Assembly: GCF_030684315.1 (NCBI RefSeq)
Contig: NC_081366.1
Span: 29,240,078 to 29,304,077, forward strand
From: Stegostoma tigrinum
Taxonomy: Eukaryota
Length of the DNA stretch: 64,000 nt
Reading direction: 5' to 3'
The position numbers and the translations under genes were made by a program. Below, one piece after another: positions 49,690 to 63,204 of the stretch (position 1 is its first letter; each line of letters opens with the position of its first letter). The notes beneath the pieces were generated by a model. That model was not told the origin of the DNA. It searched no databases and saw only the letters and a program-made list of their open reading frames with translations.

Positions 49690-50500
49690 CATTTACTAAA
49701 ATTTTTCTCAAGGTAATTCACAGGGGATTTTTAAAGAAAAAATTGACACAGAGCCACAGGGCACATGGCCAAAATATCACGCAAAGTTGTAGGTTTCAAT
49801 GGAAAAAAATAGAGGCAAAGAGAATTAGAAAGGGAATTTCACTCTTAGGCCTGGGCAGTTGGGGGCACAGCAAATCAGTGATGGTGCTTTTTAAGTCAGA
49901 GATGTAACGAGGCCAGAATTAAACAAATACGACAGTCTTGGTGAGTTCTAAAGCTCTATGAGATTGTGGACATAGTGAGTGTGTGAGGCCATGGAACTAC
50001 TTTGAAATAAACTTTAAAACTAAGTTCTTGCTTCGTAAGGAGCCAATGTGGGTTACTGATAAGAAGAGTGATAGACAAACAGGACGTAATGTGAGAAGAT
50101 GCACAGGCTGCAAAGTTTCATATTACCTTAAGTTCAAGAAGATTGAATGTGGGGTCCAGCCAAATGTGCAATGCAATAGTACAGGAAGTGTTTTTTGTTC
50201 ATTAACGGGATGACGGTGTTGCTGGCCAGGCAGCATACCACACAGTCATAATGGCTTGAATGGGGATTGCAACAACTGATGGATGCAGGCAGAACAAAAT
50301 CAAGAGATGTTCCAATTGTAGAAATGGATGGTTTTAGTAACGGCAGGGACATGTGATCAGAAAATCATCACAGAATCAAGCATTTACCCAAGGAAGCAAT
50401 GAGCCTGGCTGAGACTCAGGCTGTTACTAGGAAGAGGATAGCTTGAGTGGTTAGTGAAGGAAATTTAGAGTGAGGACTGGAGACAATGATATGTGACATT
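49690..50500 (-). mobile_element. Highly degraded L2-like LINE
   Basis: Local similarity to 27550-28070 and 47545-48130. Confidence 0.45.
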
Positions 50501-52429
50501 CAGATAATCTTCAAATGTATGCTAAACTTTTTCATTATTTTACAGGTTACTGAAGTTAGTTTAATAGATCTACACATTTGCATTTGCTTTGTTAACATTC
50601 TTTTTCAAATCTATTCATGCCTTCATACTTTTCAAGGATTTGTCCCTCCCTCCCCACCCACTATATGATTGAAAGTGCCTCAGAAACCTAACCTTTGTTC
50701 ATGTTGTTTAAATCAGTACTGAAATTTTTTTTAAGCTTCTGCACATGTGTTTGCACAACTTTTACTTAACTTGGTCATCCCAAATCAGGTGCAAAAGGTG
50801 CAGAAACCATATTCAAAGTTTGCACCTCATAACTACAGTCTTTTTAGGCTTCAGTTTATAATAACTGGCCTCTAGTTATATTTTTTAAATTTGATATTGT
50901 ACAATGCCAAAGACCTATACATCGAAGATTAAAGTGCATATTCTGATTCCAGACCAAACCATAAACTTTATGCTACAATCCTGATGATCCCAGGCTATGC
51001 TATGATCTGGTTCAGGACTAGTAATCTTTATTTTAAATTGACAACCTGGGATCCAGGGATCTTACTGTGAGAATAAAGTTACAAGGTTTCAAAGTTATGT
51101 TTAAACAACAATATTGCACTATGCAGGAATTCAATTTACAGATCACAATTTATTTCTAACGTCCAGAATTAGCGTGTGACAAACATGGCAATATACTATG
51201 CTTGAACACCAGGCAGTCCATATCAAATAGCAAATGTGATCAAGACGGATCCCACAGATTACTTAGTAACTCCAATACCAACATCCCCACCCTTTCCCAC
51301 ACCCATTCCTCGAGGGGCGTCAAATCTAACTAAACTTCACAAAGATCTACATTGCCCAGTCTGTGAAAATGATACTCCACTCCTTATTCACAGGTACACC
51401 TCCAGCTCTTCACCAGTAGCGAGCTTCACCAAGCTAAATCCTTCTCTGTGCTTTTCCCTGAGCTTTCATTTTGCTGGCAATTTGATGCTGCTTGTGACTT
51501 TTAAAACTCCATTCTTAACTTACTGATCTTTAAGAGGCACTAGGCTTCTTGTGAGCTACTATAAAATCCAGGACTTTCCTTAACGCAGACTGTGACAGCT
51601 AGCTGCCTAGCCACTCACAGAACCTTGCTTAGTTATAACAGCACAGAAATATTTAGCTGCTCTTAGGAAATCGCTCACTGTCCCCTGCATGGAGCTCGGA
51701 TGATTCAGTTGCTTTCCCTGCAGGAAGCTAAAAATCATCACTTCTCACATGGTATCTCCTATTTTCCTCACCTACTCTTGAAATTTTTCAAACAAGCTGC
51801 TGTCTGTCTCCTTTAAACTGCTGTTCAGTTACTCCTTTACTATCCTGAATGATCTACCGAAAAGCCTTTTGTGATAAGCCCTTCATTTATTTCTGGGCAG
51901 AGCTGAATAATGCCACACAGCAATTCTTGTTACTGCTTGTTGCAGAAATGTTACCCCTTACTGGTTTACTCACTACACAGAAGAAATTAGGTATAACCAG
52001 ATGATTTCATCATAATATTCAACAAAAGAAAAATGGATTACTCATTATTTGTAAAAGCAACATTCACTTTCTTGTCTGCCTTACCCCTGAAAAACCCCCA
52101 GGAAATGTATATTACATTAAATTAGGTCCCAAGGGAAGTTTCATATGAGTGCATTATGTGTCTTTAAATAAGGAACATATTTCAGGAGTTTAATCAGAAT
52201 AGGTTTAACTCTTTGAATACAGCACCACCTTACCACTAGGGACCGTTTATATGTTCCTTGTAGAGGTGCACGAAGATTTTGGTGATCTGAGAGAAGTGTT
52301 AAATGAACAGAGCAGTAAGAAAATCTGAAGTTTTCTTCAATAAACATGTGACTGCCAAAACCATGAACTCTGCCACTTCATTGGATGCTTAAGAATGGTG
52401 GTATGTTGAAAGCACAGTGAGGTGCAATT

Positions 52430-53900
52430 TTCTTTTATTGGAAAAATATACTTTATTGATAAAAAAAAATCTTTATGTACATACGCAGGTACTAAAGCAG
52501 TTCTGTACAGTCTTTGAATATAAAGAAAAACCAAATATTGGAATTTGACACACTCTGCATTTGCAGAAACAAAATGTATGTCCTATTCCTATGGACCATT
52601 ATTAACATACACTATGAGGCAAAGAGAGGGCCTGATAATCGAGCTGACTCTCATTGGATTTTGGCAGAAAGACCTGTTTTGATCCTCTCATGAGCAAACT
52701 GTGGGCTATTGTCAGAAACGACAACATCCAGAATACTGTGAAGTTCAAACATCTGCTGTTAAGCTGCTTTGCTGATTGTTGATGGCAATGTTTTCTTTTA
52801 AATCTCAAATAACCTTGAGTGAAACTTAACTATGATGAGGTAAAAATGGCTTTCATAAATAAACCAATTAATGCCCGAATGGTGTCTCAGGAATAAGTAG
52901 TTATTATTATTACTATACATAATACATGTATTACGATTGACCACAAGGCCCTCAAGATACAGAAGCTTGAACACACCGACCAAAAGGTTCAATAACATAT
53001 CTTCCTGCTATTATTAAACTGCTGAATGGATCTCTCCAATTTCAAATCTAATATTGATCTTTTGATCTTGCTTTGTGCTCCTCTTGTGCAGCCATAACCT
53101 TGTATGCCTTGCTCTGTGTAAGCACTCTGTGGTTTATATGTCCTTGTTTTCTATGATCTGTCTGTTCTGTTCACAAAACAAATCTTTTCACTGTACTTAG
53201 GTACATATGACGACAATAAGTCAAACCAAAATCTCTAACAATTTTGAGATTTCTGACCACCAAACAGCCCCACAAGTTCTTGCCCTTGCATGTCTAAGCA
53301 TGCTTGGTGACTCCGATGAAGAACAGTATTTTTCAATGAATGGGGAATTACCAGTTGATCTGTGAAAAAACTCCTTGACAATAGAGAAGTGCTGTCTGTA
53401 TTCAAAAGAAGATCCTACAGTAGGGTTCGCAAATTGAGACCTAAGCTATCGTTGAATGCAATATTAGAATGCATTCAGGATCCTTCTTTTCTTCCTCCAT
53501 GATAAAGTTAAGTTTGTTTCTCATGTATAGAACAGTTGTTGAGCACAAGAGTGTACTTCAGCCCCAAGATCATCGTTGTAAGTGGCTCAAGAAAACATAT
53601 CTACCAATACCTAATAACTGCCTTGGACAAATCAAGTTTCATAAGCAAATCACTTAAATCATAAGTTTTGGCAATTGAGGTCCCCTTAAACATGTGTTCC
53701 CATGGCATTCCATATTTGGCATTTCCTGTGTGTATAAAATATCGTTTAATCATCAATTAGTAACTACATTCCACAAGCAGAAACAACAGATATATCAGGC
53801 ACCATAATATCTCATTATGAGTGCAATATTTTCAGAAATAAGAAAGTTCTGCTTTTAGGAGCATGAAAACTAACCTTCAAAAAGACAAAGGGACAATTCA
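52430..53900 (-). mobile_element. Possible Tx1/L1-clade LINE 3' portion
   Basis: Minus strand ends aataaagtatatttttccaataaaa (polyadenylation-type tail). Weak CCR-containing C-terminal similarity near 52700. Confidence 0.4.
52945..53232 (+). mobile_element. Rex1/Babar-like LINE 3' end
   Basis: Aligns by eye to 38725-38966 (agatacagaagcttgaacacac...caataagtcaaaccaaa). Confidence 0.7.
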
Positions 53901-54239
53901 GGGAATAACGTTCATCTTGTTGTAATGAGCAGCTGGCCATTGCCACTGGTGAAAAGGGATTACTCAGAAAAGGTGGTTATCCCCCAAGCTACTGCATATC
54001 AACTGGGATAGGTGGAGTGAGAGGGCTATTAGCAAACACAGGGGGTTGAGCCACCATCTTCTTGAGGGAAGACCAGGAGTTCCACTCCATCAGCCTGATA
54101 GAAGAACAAAGACAGCTGTCATCAAAGGCCGCTGGAAAATTACCATGAAAGACCCTAACAGATTTGGGATTTCGGAGTGCACTACCACTGTACCTTCAAT
54201 TCACAAAATGGAATTAGAATCAATGAAACATTTTCATCT

Positions 54240-56760
54240 GTTGTCGATCATATTCACTATCCTTTGGCTAATTAACCATATCAAAACTGTTGCTTCTCAA
54301 TAAACCAATTAAATCTCAAAACTCACTAATAAAATTGCGACAAGTCATCATTAGGTTGGGTGTGTTACCTTTGTTAGGTATGTGTGACTGTGAACCCCCT
54401 AAAATCAACACTGAGATAAAAATGTTGCATTCAAGGAAGTATTTTCACCAGCATTTTTTTCAACTAGCATTGCAACCAAAGATTTATGTTTGATTTCAAT
54501 CATGACTTTGAGGCCTAGAAAATAATCAGGACATATTCCACAAGCCCACGTAACGGCTAAAGCTTCTTTCTTGACAATGGCATACAGATTTATGTATTGA
54601 ATAATGCTTTTGTAACGCTTGGGCTTTTGATATCCTTCCAGATGTTCCTACAGAAGAACTGCCTCCAAGTCTGTGACTGAGGCATCTGCAGCAATAGTTA
54701 TGGGATATGTTCAATTGTTATGGGCTAAGACATCAGTGGAAATCAGTATGGCCATAATATTCTGAAAGATTGCTTGTTGCTCTGTGTGCCACTTCTTTAA
54801 GAGATTTCTCAAGGGGCTCTCTAACAAAGGCAGGATGTTGTGAAAAGAAAAGCTTCACCAGTTGATTTATCATAGTGAGAAACTGTTGCAGATCATGTGC
54901 CAAATTTGAAATCAGTAATTCTTTAACTGTATTGCCTTTCCAGGTATCAGTTTGTATTCCATCTGTTTGATTATGTGACCTCAGAAAGAAATAGCATCTC
55001 TGGAAAATGTATATTTGTCATCCAGTATAAGACCTGTTGCTTATAACCATTACAGGACATATGATATATGATGTTATCTCGTTCCTGTAAAATGTTAAAA
55101 GTAGTGTGATGGAAAATCCCTGATGCTGAATTGCTACCAAATCATATTCTGTTGAAATGGCATCACTTGAAAGGGTGATAAAGATGGTGAAGCAGCGAGA
55201 TGTCTCATCAAAAGCGATCTTCCAAACCTGACTATTGACCTCCAGCTTCTTAAATATTCTACTGGTGGAAGATTGAGTGAAACTTCATCAGATGTGCACC
55301 TAAGATGGATTTCCCCAGCAACTGCTTTATTGAGCTCTGTGAGAGCCTTTCAAATTCACACAAAGCCAAAGAGTTTGAGTGTAGTGACCATAGCTGAGCA
55401 CCATTCTGTCGGTTCAGTCACGAAACAAACAATGCCCATAAGGACCATGTCCTCCAATTGTTTCTTTACACTTTCAGTTACCGAATGAGGGGTTTTCCAA
55501 TGTGCAAAGATGCATTTTGGTTTAGTAGCAGCTTTCAAAGAGATTTTATAAGACATTTCGAGTTTCCCAGTCTAGTAAACAGATTAGGATATCAATACTA
55601 AACGACAATTTTCTCAGTGTGTGAGTTCCTCTCATCTGCACAGGAGGCTGGTGACAAGAGATGACTTCCTCTTCAACAGGCAAGGTTGCTAGTTACTGAT
55701 GATGTATTTCTCCACATATGTGTGATCTTTAAATGTCAGTCAGTACAACAGGCAATATCCCTTTAAATAAAGTTACAGTACATCTGCTGCACACAGTTTT
55801 ACATCAGATAGTAAAATATTTATCTCTATTAACAATGTGGCATCATCCAAAGTGACTGTGACATTGGTACCAATATCTATATAATATTCACCAGGATAAT
55901 CAATTGTGTAAATGATATCTGTCTACATCATGACTGTTGAATTTTTTTCCTGTGGAACTGTAATGTTAGCCTTTCCTAGGTAGCTGATCTTCAATGAAAT
56001 AAATTTGTTTCCTGCAGTCTTGTCATGTTCTTCACAGATTTTGAAACGACATTAGTGACAAGTATTTGATTGCTTACAATTTCATGTCGATGTTGTCGCA
56101 TGTGGTATATTATTCTGAATAAAAGTCAGTCTCTTTTAATCAGATGGTTTATTGTGCCTTAAGTTGCTGGTGGAATGTTCTGCCTTCACTGGAATTTTTG
56201 CTGATAATTCTTCCTGTGCAGTTTTCTAGATTTTATATCCAATGCGACTTGGACTGTGTGTAGAGTTAAATCCTCTTTTAATTGCAGGAGATCAATGATT
56301 GATTTATCTAATAGGCTAATGACAATGCAGTCACAAATAAGTTCTTGTTGTAATTTTCCATAACAGCATGGCTCAGATAATATGTACAGGTCATTAATGA
56401 AACTATCTAACAACTCTACTGGAAGTTGATATCTGCTATTAAAGTATGATCTCTCCAGTCCTGTATTTGATCTTACTTTGAAATATTGCCCAAAACCCAT
56501 TATGAGGTTGTCAAATGTAACTTGACTATCACTGAGCTGTTGTCTAACATGTAATTTGACTTTGTTGTTATACAACAGAGAATAGTGCCTACTTGTTCAA
56601 CAATTGATTTGGTTTCTAGTGCTGAAACTGTTTGAAATCTTAGAAATTATGTTTGCAACATCTGACAATTTGGTGGATTATCAAATGGATCTAAAAGCTT
56701 AATTCTTTTTTTTCTGATGGTCAGATTAGTACAGACAAATTAAATTGCATTATGTGATTT
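54240..56760 (-). mobile_element. Gypsy remnant: gag, protease, RT, RNase H
   Basis: gag ERSYFNSRYQ...DSFINDLY...ELICDCIV. RT VTEPTEWCSAMV and GHII.QDGIQTD. RNase H TIAADAS and YAIVKKEALAVTWAC. Confidence 0.92.
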
Positions 56761-56992
56761 TTCACAGGCATTTGAAAGTGCTGACTATCTTGTTGATTTG
56801 AATAATGATTGAAAGGATTTCAATCTCATCATACTGCGCTGATTTTGTTGCCTTGTTGTATTCTTTATTAAAATTGTTGTTTATTTTTTGTTTTGTCGTA
56901 CTACTACCGAAATCTGTTAAAGTTTCAACTATTTAATCGCTGTTTTCAAAGTAAAATGTGGTTTTACCTGATCAATACGGAGGCAGAAACAA

Positions 56993-57636
56993 TACAAAAA
57001 AAACTGCAGATGCTGGAATCCATGATAGACAAACAGGGGGCTGGAAGATCACAGTAAACCAGGCAGCATCTGGACAAAAGAAGTAGTCAACTTCTCAGGT
57101 ATTACCCTTCTTCAGGTTTGGATGTGAAGGCGGGGGAACTGCAGATAAACGTGGGAGGGGGAAAGATAGTGGAACAGTGGTGATATGCAGACACCAGTAG
57201 GTATGACCTGGTTGGTTGATGGGAGGGACAAATTTGTTTGGTAACTGGAAGGGAGGACCAGTAAGTGGAATGGAAAGGAGGAGGTGAGGGATGGGTGGGA
57301 AGGTTATTTGAAATTGGAGAACTCAAAGTTAAGTCCGCCAAGATGTAGGGTGCTGAGGCTGAAGATAAGCTGTTGTTCCCACCCATTCCCTGGCTCCCTT
57401 TCCAGCCCCACCTCCTCCCTTCCATCCCACCTACCAATTCTCTCTTTCAGCTACCAACCAGATTCATACCCACCATTGACCAACCAGGTCATACTCACTA
57501 CCAGAGTCTGTCTCTCACCTCCATTCCACCACTCACCCCCCCAACTTTACCTGCAACTCCCCCTACCCCACACATCCAGTCCTGAAGAAGGGTAACACCC
57601 AAAATGTTGGCTTTAACTTTCCTCAGATGCTGCTTC
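56993..57636. mobile_element. Penelope-like fold-back insertion (subfamily C), older
   Basis: 57060-57300 inverted against about 57385-57635. Minus strand EQQLIFSLSTLHLGGLNFEFSNFK-stop (GIY-YIG C-terminus). Decayed hammerhead CTGAAGAagggtaacacccaaaa at 57582. Confidence 0.85.
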
Positions 57637-57659
57637 CAGGAGGAAGCCTTGCCACGGCA

Positions 57660-58490
57660 TCCACTCAAGGTTCTGTGGCTTCTACCTCGGAGGCGGAAGA
57701 GGAGATACCTTGTGAGGCCCCCCTCTTGAAGTTGGAGGTTATGCAGATTTCACTAGGACCCAGAGGGAAAAACAGAGAGAATGCATTAGAAAAAGAGTAG
57801 GATTTGGGCATGTTAACAATATATTTACAGTGATGGTTATCAGATAGCAGCACAGCAATTGACAATTAATCTTATTTCCTTGCCAGGACATGGAAGTTTC
57901 TGTATTACCATATGAGCAACCATGTTCCTCTCCTATTAAGGCAAGGAGGGAGTGAGTACATGAATATGGACATTCCACTGCCATATTTGGCTTTCTTTGC
58001 CCAATTATGGACCATTTTCTCCTGAAATGAGGCAAAAGCTGATTAAATTGGCTGGCACAGCTTTTAAGGCTGTTCGCAAGTATATGAGTAGGCAGCACAG
58101 ATGGTGTGCAGGTTTACTAGTGTGGGTGTTTAGAGTGGGTGAGAGTGAATGGTGGAAGGCGCTGTATGCAATTTAGAGAGTGGTTGACCATGAACCCTGT
58201 AGGGAGATGGGTGCAGTAGCAGAATTATAATGAGTGAGATGGCAGAGAAAAGATGGTGTACTTATCCTCAAGGAGTGTAGGAAGCCTTTCTCCTGTGCTG
58301 CCTGACTGTCCTCCAGACTGTGGAAATAGCACTGATCTGGGTGGCAACCTTGGTCCAGGCTGGCAGGACCTAGTGTTGTGATCTCCTTTGGTCTCCTTGA
58401 AGAAAAGTCCTCTGTATCAGAACTCTGCATCACTCTATCCGTCAAAACCTCAACCATGTGGCAAGGCAGGGAGCTAGCTTGCCTCTCTCA
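57660..58490 (-). mobile_element. Intron-containing Harbinger Myb/SANT-like gene remnant
   Basis: Exon 1 VEVLTDRV...PAWTKVATQISAISTVWRT ends at 58266 with mutated donor ataagt. Acceptor tcatttcag then exon 2 from 58021: EKMVHNWAKKAKYGSG...ALIGEEHGCSYG. Confidence 0.7.
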
Positions 58491-60529
58491 ACCATCTATG
58501 GGACAATTCTTCAAACACAGGAACCATTCATGGCAGGTCTAGACAGACAATGCTTGGCCTGGTGCACAATCCCAGAAGACCCTTAATTCTGCTGCTGATA
58601 AGGAGCAGTCAGCAACATCAGAGGCTAATAGATGAATAATGAGGCAAGCTGTAGAGAATAGAGTGAGAAAATCTAACAGGGCTCAAAAAAAAAATTCTTT
58701 GTGAAACTCCCTCAAATTGACACTTATCTGGTTTCTGGTGAAATTCAGGCCAATGGCTTGATCCCACTGGGCTGAAGATGTTGGTTTTCATTAGAAATGT
58801 GGCAGAGGTGAGGAAGCAATTAGACAACAGGCTCACAAGTAGTTGGGCCCAATATACCAGATCCCTATTAGCGACTCTAAGAGGAATCCAGTAACAGTGA
58901 GTATGAGCAGTCAAAGTTGAAAGGGTAATATTTTCTTCAGCATTAATTGCATTTAGTGTGAAGAAAACTATATAAATTTTAAGTGTATGTGATGGAAACG
59001 GTCTCGCTTTCTTATCATCCAAGTGATGCCAATATTATACAGTCTGCATGATGCAGCCTGATGCTTTCTTTAGTGGGTCAGCAAGATATCTCCTCAGCTA
59101 ATCTGTTATATCTTGTCACAGCAAGATGTAAATGAGAAATTAGTCTGTATTCAATTCAGCAAGTATCATGTCTTTGATGTTGGTTTAGATTGACAGTCCT
59201 ACACATGAGAGAACATTTTTGAATTCTATTTTTGACTGACAGTTTTGATTAATTGTGAATGATACCTTTTTTTTAATCTCGTGTTGTGCCAGCCCAAACA
59301 TCAAAAGAAAAGGGAATCATATGATCAGACTGGCGGTCAATGCTTCTAATCCGCTGTGTCACTAATGCATTGGACACTTAATGAGAGCTTCTTTGAAGTC
59401 ATTGCTCATAAAAAGCTTTTCATCCTGGATACATAGTTAAATATGTTCGAAGTTTTTTTTACTACTTTTTAACATTAATACAAGTGTACTGTTCATTAAG
59501 TTTGTCCATCCAGTTGTTACCCTTTTGCAATTTTATTTTTGTTTCAAATACAAATGATATTTTCCATCAAACCACATGTTTTGACAGTATGACATTTTCT
59601 AGCTGTTTTAGGGGATTTGTTATCACAGTATGCTGTTTTTATTACTTCTGCTGCAAAAAGAGGCCAATGTTTTCTTTTCAACAATGGTAACCCAGATTAT
59701 AACAGGATAATGTGTTTCAGTTCAAATGGAGAATTGGCAAACCTCTGGAAGCTGATTTCTGACAAAAGAATAGAGAAGTTGATCAAATTATGATATTGGC
59801 TATTGTTTTGCACTTTTTAATCATTGAAGAAGTTCTGAAACAATTTCCCTAAATGTACATACGATGCGCACTATCCAATTTGAGTTTCACCAGAATATGA
59901 ATGAGCAGTGCAAAAATTAACTTATTAGCAATGTTCTTTAATCAACATGAAGACCATAGAAGGCAAAGAAAACTTGTCAAATTGCAAGCTGCCCAGAGCT
60001 TTTGCAGCAAATGGTGTTTTTCGTTTCTTACTAGTAACCCACCATCAATTCACCCGATTAAAACAACTATACAATTAACAAGAACTGTTTACCAGAAGCA
60101 GTGCTAACAACAAAAGTAGGTAAGAATAGGAAAAGTGGGAGGGAACTAAATTAAAATGGAAGCAAAGGCAAATTATTACTTACACTTATTGGTAAAAGCT
60201 TTCTCAACTGAGTGTTGCCACTGATTATGCACGATCAATTAATTTCTCATCTTGTGCCAGCCTGCTTTTCTGCCCAATTTTATCTGAATAAAAAATGTTG
60301 CCCCCATTTTCAGATTATCCAGTAAATAGTGACACTTATTTTTTTGAGAATGACATGTGATATTTAACTGATGGCACGTTGATTCAAATTGGGTTGGGGG
60401 CAGCTATTTAACTACTAACATAGACTTGTCAGAATAGACATGCTAAACACATGCATGTATTAATTAAAAAAAACAAGCTTGCTGGAAAAGCTCAGTAGGT
60501 CTGGCAGCATCTGTGGAGGAGAAAACAGA

Positions 60530-60566
60530 GTTAATGTTTCAGGTCCAGTGACGCTTCTTCAGAACT
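60530..60566 (-). ncRNA. Minimal hammerhead motif
   Basis: Minus strand gtt-CTGAAGA-a-gcgtcactggacct-GAAA-ca-TT-aac. Stem II has a mismatch. Confidence 0.5.
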
Positions 60567-60573
60567 CAGAACA

Positions 60574-60609
60574 GTTCTGAGGAAGGGTCACCAGACCCGA
60601 AACATTAAC
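60574..60609 (+). ncRNA. Minimal hammerhead motif
   Basis: gtt-CTGAGGA-a-gggtc/acca/gaccc-GAAA-ca-TT-aac. Stem I gtt:aac, extendable with gaaca:tgttt. Confidence 0.65.
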
Positions 60610-61369
60610 TCTGTTTTCTCCTCCACAGATGCTGCCAGATCTACTGAACTTTTCCAGCGACTTTGTTTTTGTTCCTGATTTACAGCATCCGCAGTTCTTT
60701 TAGTTTTTATTTAGTATTAATTAAAAGTTCATTATTATCATCAACTCGATTCTACCTGATTTTACAGATTTAATTTCATTTACATAAGAGGTTGCAGCTA
60801 TTTAAAGATAACCAGTGACATTTGAACATTTGTAAAGACTTGAGTCAGGTAAAAAAAAAGTTGACAGTAACTTTCTAGATGTTAATGGGTGTGAAAAACA
60901 AAGGCCCAATATTTCCTTTCTACTTTGGAGTTTTAACTCATCTGTCAGCCACTTTTGGCTCTGCCAGAATAGTAATGTAGCTAGGTTAGCCCACACATGT
61001 GGCTACCAATTGACAGCAAAGAATTTATTCCTACTTAACCTTGTTAAGTAGGAAAGGAAGAAATACAAAAGGAAGAAAAGATTTAGAAACCGCTTCTGGT
61101 TCCTGAAACTAAAATGCCCTTTCAATCTATTCCTGTAAGCAACACAGTCAGTAGCAATCTCAACTTTCAGATTATTGGGTAGTCATTATGGACTTCGGAG
61201 GGTTGGTATGAAATTGATGGGCTAAATAGCCTCTACACTGTAGAGAGTCAATGGCTTTAGAGATATCTGTGGCATGAACGAACACATTACATCATTAGGA
61301 TCCAATGACAGCTATAAACTAGCATGGCTGTTTATTGCAGGTGAGCAACTAGTCATGGATTACAGGTTT

Positions 61370-61860
61370 TTTAATCCAGTGATACTGAAGAAATGGGGCG
61401 ACGTTTTCCAAGTCTAGTTAGTGAGTGTCTTGGAGGGGAAATTGCAGGTGGTGTTATTTACATCTGCCTGCTGCATTGTCAGATTTGAAACTTGCTGACA
61501 AGGGAGCCTTGGAGAATTGTTGCAGAGTATCTTGTAGATGGCACAAACAGCAGCGGCACTAAATCAGTAATATACAGAGTGACCATCTGTGTATGTGTTA
61601 TGTTACAAACCAAGTGGGCTGCTTTTTCCTGTATGATGTTGAGCTTCCGAAGTGTTTGCTGGAGCTGCTCTCATCCAGGCAAATCGGTGGCATTCTATCA
61701 TACTCCTGCTATGTGCCTGACATATGTAGATGGTGGACAGGGTTTCGGGAGTCAAAAGGTGAGTTGCTGGCTGCAGGATCCTCAGTCTACCTCTGCTCTT
61801 GTAGCTTCAGTGTTCATATAACTAGTCTAGTTCAGTTTCTATTCAATGGCAATCCCCAGG
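61370..61860 (-). mobile_element. L2/CR1-group LINE fragment
   Basis: ttggaggggaaattgcaggtgg...ctctgctcttgtagc, same family as 8200-8608 and 29510-29650. Confidence 0.75.
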
Positions 61861-61894
61861 GTTTTGATTTTGATTTTGATTTTGAATCACTTCA

Positions 61895-62290
61895 GACTTG
61901 TTCAACCCCTAATCAATGTTTGGTAACCCACCCATCACTTTAAACTTTTATTCCCTACACTGCTGATACAGTAGCAGTTATGGATACCATTTGTAACATG
62001 CACTGCAAAAACGACCCAATGGTCCTTGGATGGCACCTTTCAAATCTGTAACCTCCACCACCAGATAAACAAAGTCAACATGGTCATAGGAAGTCCCAAT
62101 CCTACATGCTCCCTCCACGAAACACACCTCCATGACTTAGAACTATATCATAGCTCCTTACCTCTTCTCTACACTCTGGTTGTATCCACGCAATGCAGAT
62201 AGCAACAGTTCAAGAAGGTGAATCTTCACAATAAACAGGCAGTAAATGCTCATCTATCCAGCAAGGTCAACATCCAGTGAATGAATAAAT
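61895..62290 (+). mobile_element. L2/CR1-group LINE 3' end
   Basis: Aligns to 8200-8608. Tail catccagtgaatgaataaa. Confidence 0.75.
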
Positions 62291-63204
62291 TTTTGTAAAA
62301 CCTGGCTTTACACCTCGACATTGAGTCACCAACAAGCTGTCCTTCCACATGATAACCTTGGTTGAAGAGCTCACATAGTGCCAAATCCCTGCAGGTTAAT
62401 CTATCCTGATTTTTTTCCTGCAAATATTGCATGAACTTAGGAGTATGTTAAGAGAATGAACATGAAACATTTGTGAGTGATTGTTCTTTCTGTTAAGGAA
62501 AGTGGGAGAATATTCGGGGGAGTCCATGAGGCAACATGGATGCCACTTGTTCCTTCTGACATCTTACAAAATTCCCATAAAACTCACACTGTCTTACTGC
62601 ATATCAAACTGGATAAACCCTTCAGCTCTTCCTTCCAATTATCTAATAAGCACACACTGAGATGGAGCCTGGTCAATATTGTCTAAATTCTTTACGGCTA
62701 CTGGAATAAAAGTTGAGTATCGTTCTAACTGTAAATGTCACTACCAGCCAATAGGGGATAATGCCCAAAGGTCCTTATTTATCATTGTGATGCTCCAGTA
62801 ACTCTATTGCATCTTCAGTGAAGCATACACTTCAAGAACTGAGCCCCTCCTTAAAGCATAGGAACTGTGTCATCTCAAATTTATTAGGGAAAGGGAAAAC
62901 AACATTGAAAAGTATGTTTCTTGATGTTCTGACTCATTCTCTTGGCTCTTTTGTCACTTGCTGTTCCTCGTCCTTTGTCATTTCAGTGTTCACTATGGAC
63001 CTACTAGCTATCATTCAATATACTATCATTCATTGTAGGCAAAATACCTATCCCACAGAGTCTGCTGGTCCCACAGCCAATCAGAGGTGAGTCTAGTTCT
63101 TTCTTTCAGAATTACATCAAAACAGATGTCCCAAAGCTTTTCTCAGCTCCTGTAATCCAAAAATGTTTCCAGACAGGAACAATATAAAATGAATTTGGAA
63201 GCCA

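Larger units (their letters stand above)
60470..60713. mobile_element. Penelope-derived palindromic mini-element (subfamily B) with hammerhead cores on both strands
   Basis: 60470-60566 inverted against 60573-60670, tail to 60713. Perfect 13-bp direct repeat gtattaattaaaa at 60457-60469 and 60714-60726. Confidence 0.95.

Noticed and set aside
50971-52146. Possible solo LTR starting tgctaca
   Set aside because: No clear CA end, TSD or second copy in the window.
1130-56760. Idea that the + Gypsy piece (1130-2960) and the - Gypsy piece (54240-56760) are halves of one element split by a 53-kb inversion
   Set aside because: Both contain protease and the same RT-start segment (HITLKADSKPICL versus YKISLKAATKPKCI), so they are separate copies.
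61028-61054. Perfect 12-bp hairpin ttcctacttaac-ctt-gttaagtaggaa
   Set aside because: Single short hairpin with no repeat copy or functional context visible.
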